A stretch of DNA of 63,893 nucleotides, the filler included, from Octopus bimaculoides (lineage: Eukaryota): the NCBI RefSeq assembly GCF_001194135.2. It is 4 parts of 3 records of this genome, joined end to end, with 100 filler letters (N's around TTAATTAATTAA, not from the genome) between each part and the next. Parts side by side here need not be neighbours in the genome. Positions count along the whole stretch, not along the records: positions 58,344 to 63,893 come from NC_068988.1; 3 more parts are not named here. One strand, given 5' to 3'. Below, piece after piece: positions 62,916-63,893 of the stretch. The notes beneath the pieces were generated by a model that worked only from the letters and a program-made list of their open reading frames with translations, was not told the DNA's origin and made no database searches. The stretch's first letter is position 1, and the number at the start of each line of letters is the position of its first letter. The position numbers and the translations under genes were made by a program.

Positions 62916-63544
62916 GTGCTTTTGCTGTTATTGCATTGTTGATGTTCTGTACTTTATTGCTAACATTGATTTTAAAGTTGCTTCCCCACCCGCCTCTAAG
63001 AAATTTTTTTTCTAGATAACTAAAGGCAGTTTGGTGCGCTTGATATGTCTGTGTATATGTGAGCATATGCATGTATTTATCGGCTGTCACTTGCAGATTA
63101 CGATTACTTTGCACCCAGCAACACGATTTCGTTATTCAATTACGGCGTAGTGTAGAGCCAATACAGACTCCATCGTTGCCCCTTCAACCTGTGGTGGTTT
63201 GCACTTACGTAAAGCTTTAAAAAAAAACTACAGGGTAGAATAGAATATTATTTACTCAGACTTAAGACTATGAGTCCTTATTCCGAATATCTCTTTCCAG
63301 ATATTTACGTGTTTAAACAATGTTTCTCAAAATCATCTTATACACATCTTATTTGGATCTGCTTGGGTATAACCGAAAGCAACAATGCGCGAATTGATTT
63401 ATCTATATACGCATATAGCAACATGCAGTATGATTGTGAAACTTTTAAAATTATATCCGATAATATCTGAAAGCATTAAAAACAAGAATCTGTAGATAAA
63501 AATAAGTTTTCATTTGAAGCAATGTTTGACGAATTTTATTTAAA

Positions 63545-63893
63545 GATCAACTGTCTGACAGGTACCGACTCGACTACCCGAATGCGCCAATGTGGACATG
63601 GACAAACCGCATCGGGTCGTCGAGATCGTATCTAGATAGAGTACTGTGTAAGAGAGTAGGTAGAGATAGCATAGGGTGTCCACAATTTCACATAGTCAGC
63701 TACACGGATCACAAACTTGTGACGTATACGCTAGACTTAGATAAGACACATAGGCAGGGCCCCGGTTACTGGAAACTAAACGCGTCTTTCCCGTCGAGAC
63801 AGGTTTTCAGAGACCGGATTAGCACGTTAGTAAAGAAGGCTTTGACGGGAGCCATCATCAATAACAAATGGTGGTTTGCCCTCAAGAGAGCAA
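63545..63893 (+). mobile_element. L1/Tx1-clade LINE ORF2, APE endonuclease C-terminal part; runs off the window
   Basis: Uninterrupted frame: DRYRLDYPNAPMWTWTN…SRSYLDRVL…YTDHKLV…GPGYWKLNAS…KWW. Confidence 0.9.

Overview
AT-rich, microsatellite-dense eukaryotic scaffold. The SINE, LINE and MITE repertoire looks like Octopus (inference). No complete protein-coding gene, true tRNA/rRNA gene or CRISPR array can be supported. Most ORFs in the track come from microsatellites, N-gaps or decayed transposons. Recognisable content: about 20 copies of three tRNA-derived SINE families (called A, B, C here); LINE remnants of the L1/Tx1, RTE (with C2H2 zinc-finger C-termini), CR1, Dong/R4 and Penelope clades; Tc1/mariner remnants and a mariner-derived MITE; several assembly gaps, three of which carry an artificial TTAATTAATTAA linker. 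Strong splice-site pairs outline a probable multi-exon minus-strand transcript (25.5, 22.5 and 10.9 kb). Best leads: (i) a 5'-inverted, twin-priming-like RTE insertion joined at an 8-bp palindrome; (ii) RTE elements carrying triple C2H2 fingers; (iii) in-window LINE/SINE tail sharing and a modular, dimeric SINE; (iv) Penelope-type minimal hammerhead remnants; (v) an unexplained coding-like island at 41.9-43.3 kb. All translations and alignments were done by eye, and repeat boundaries are approximate.
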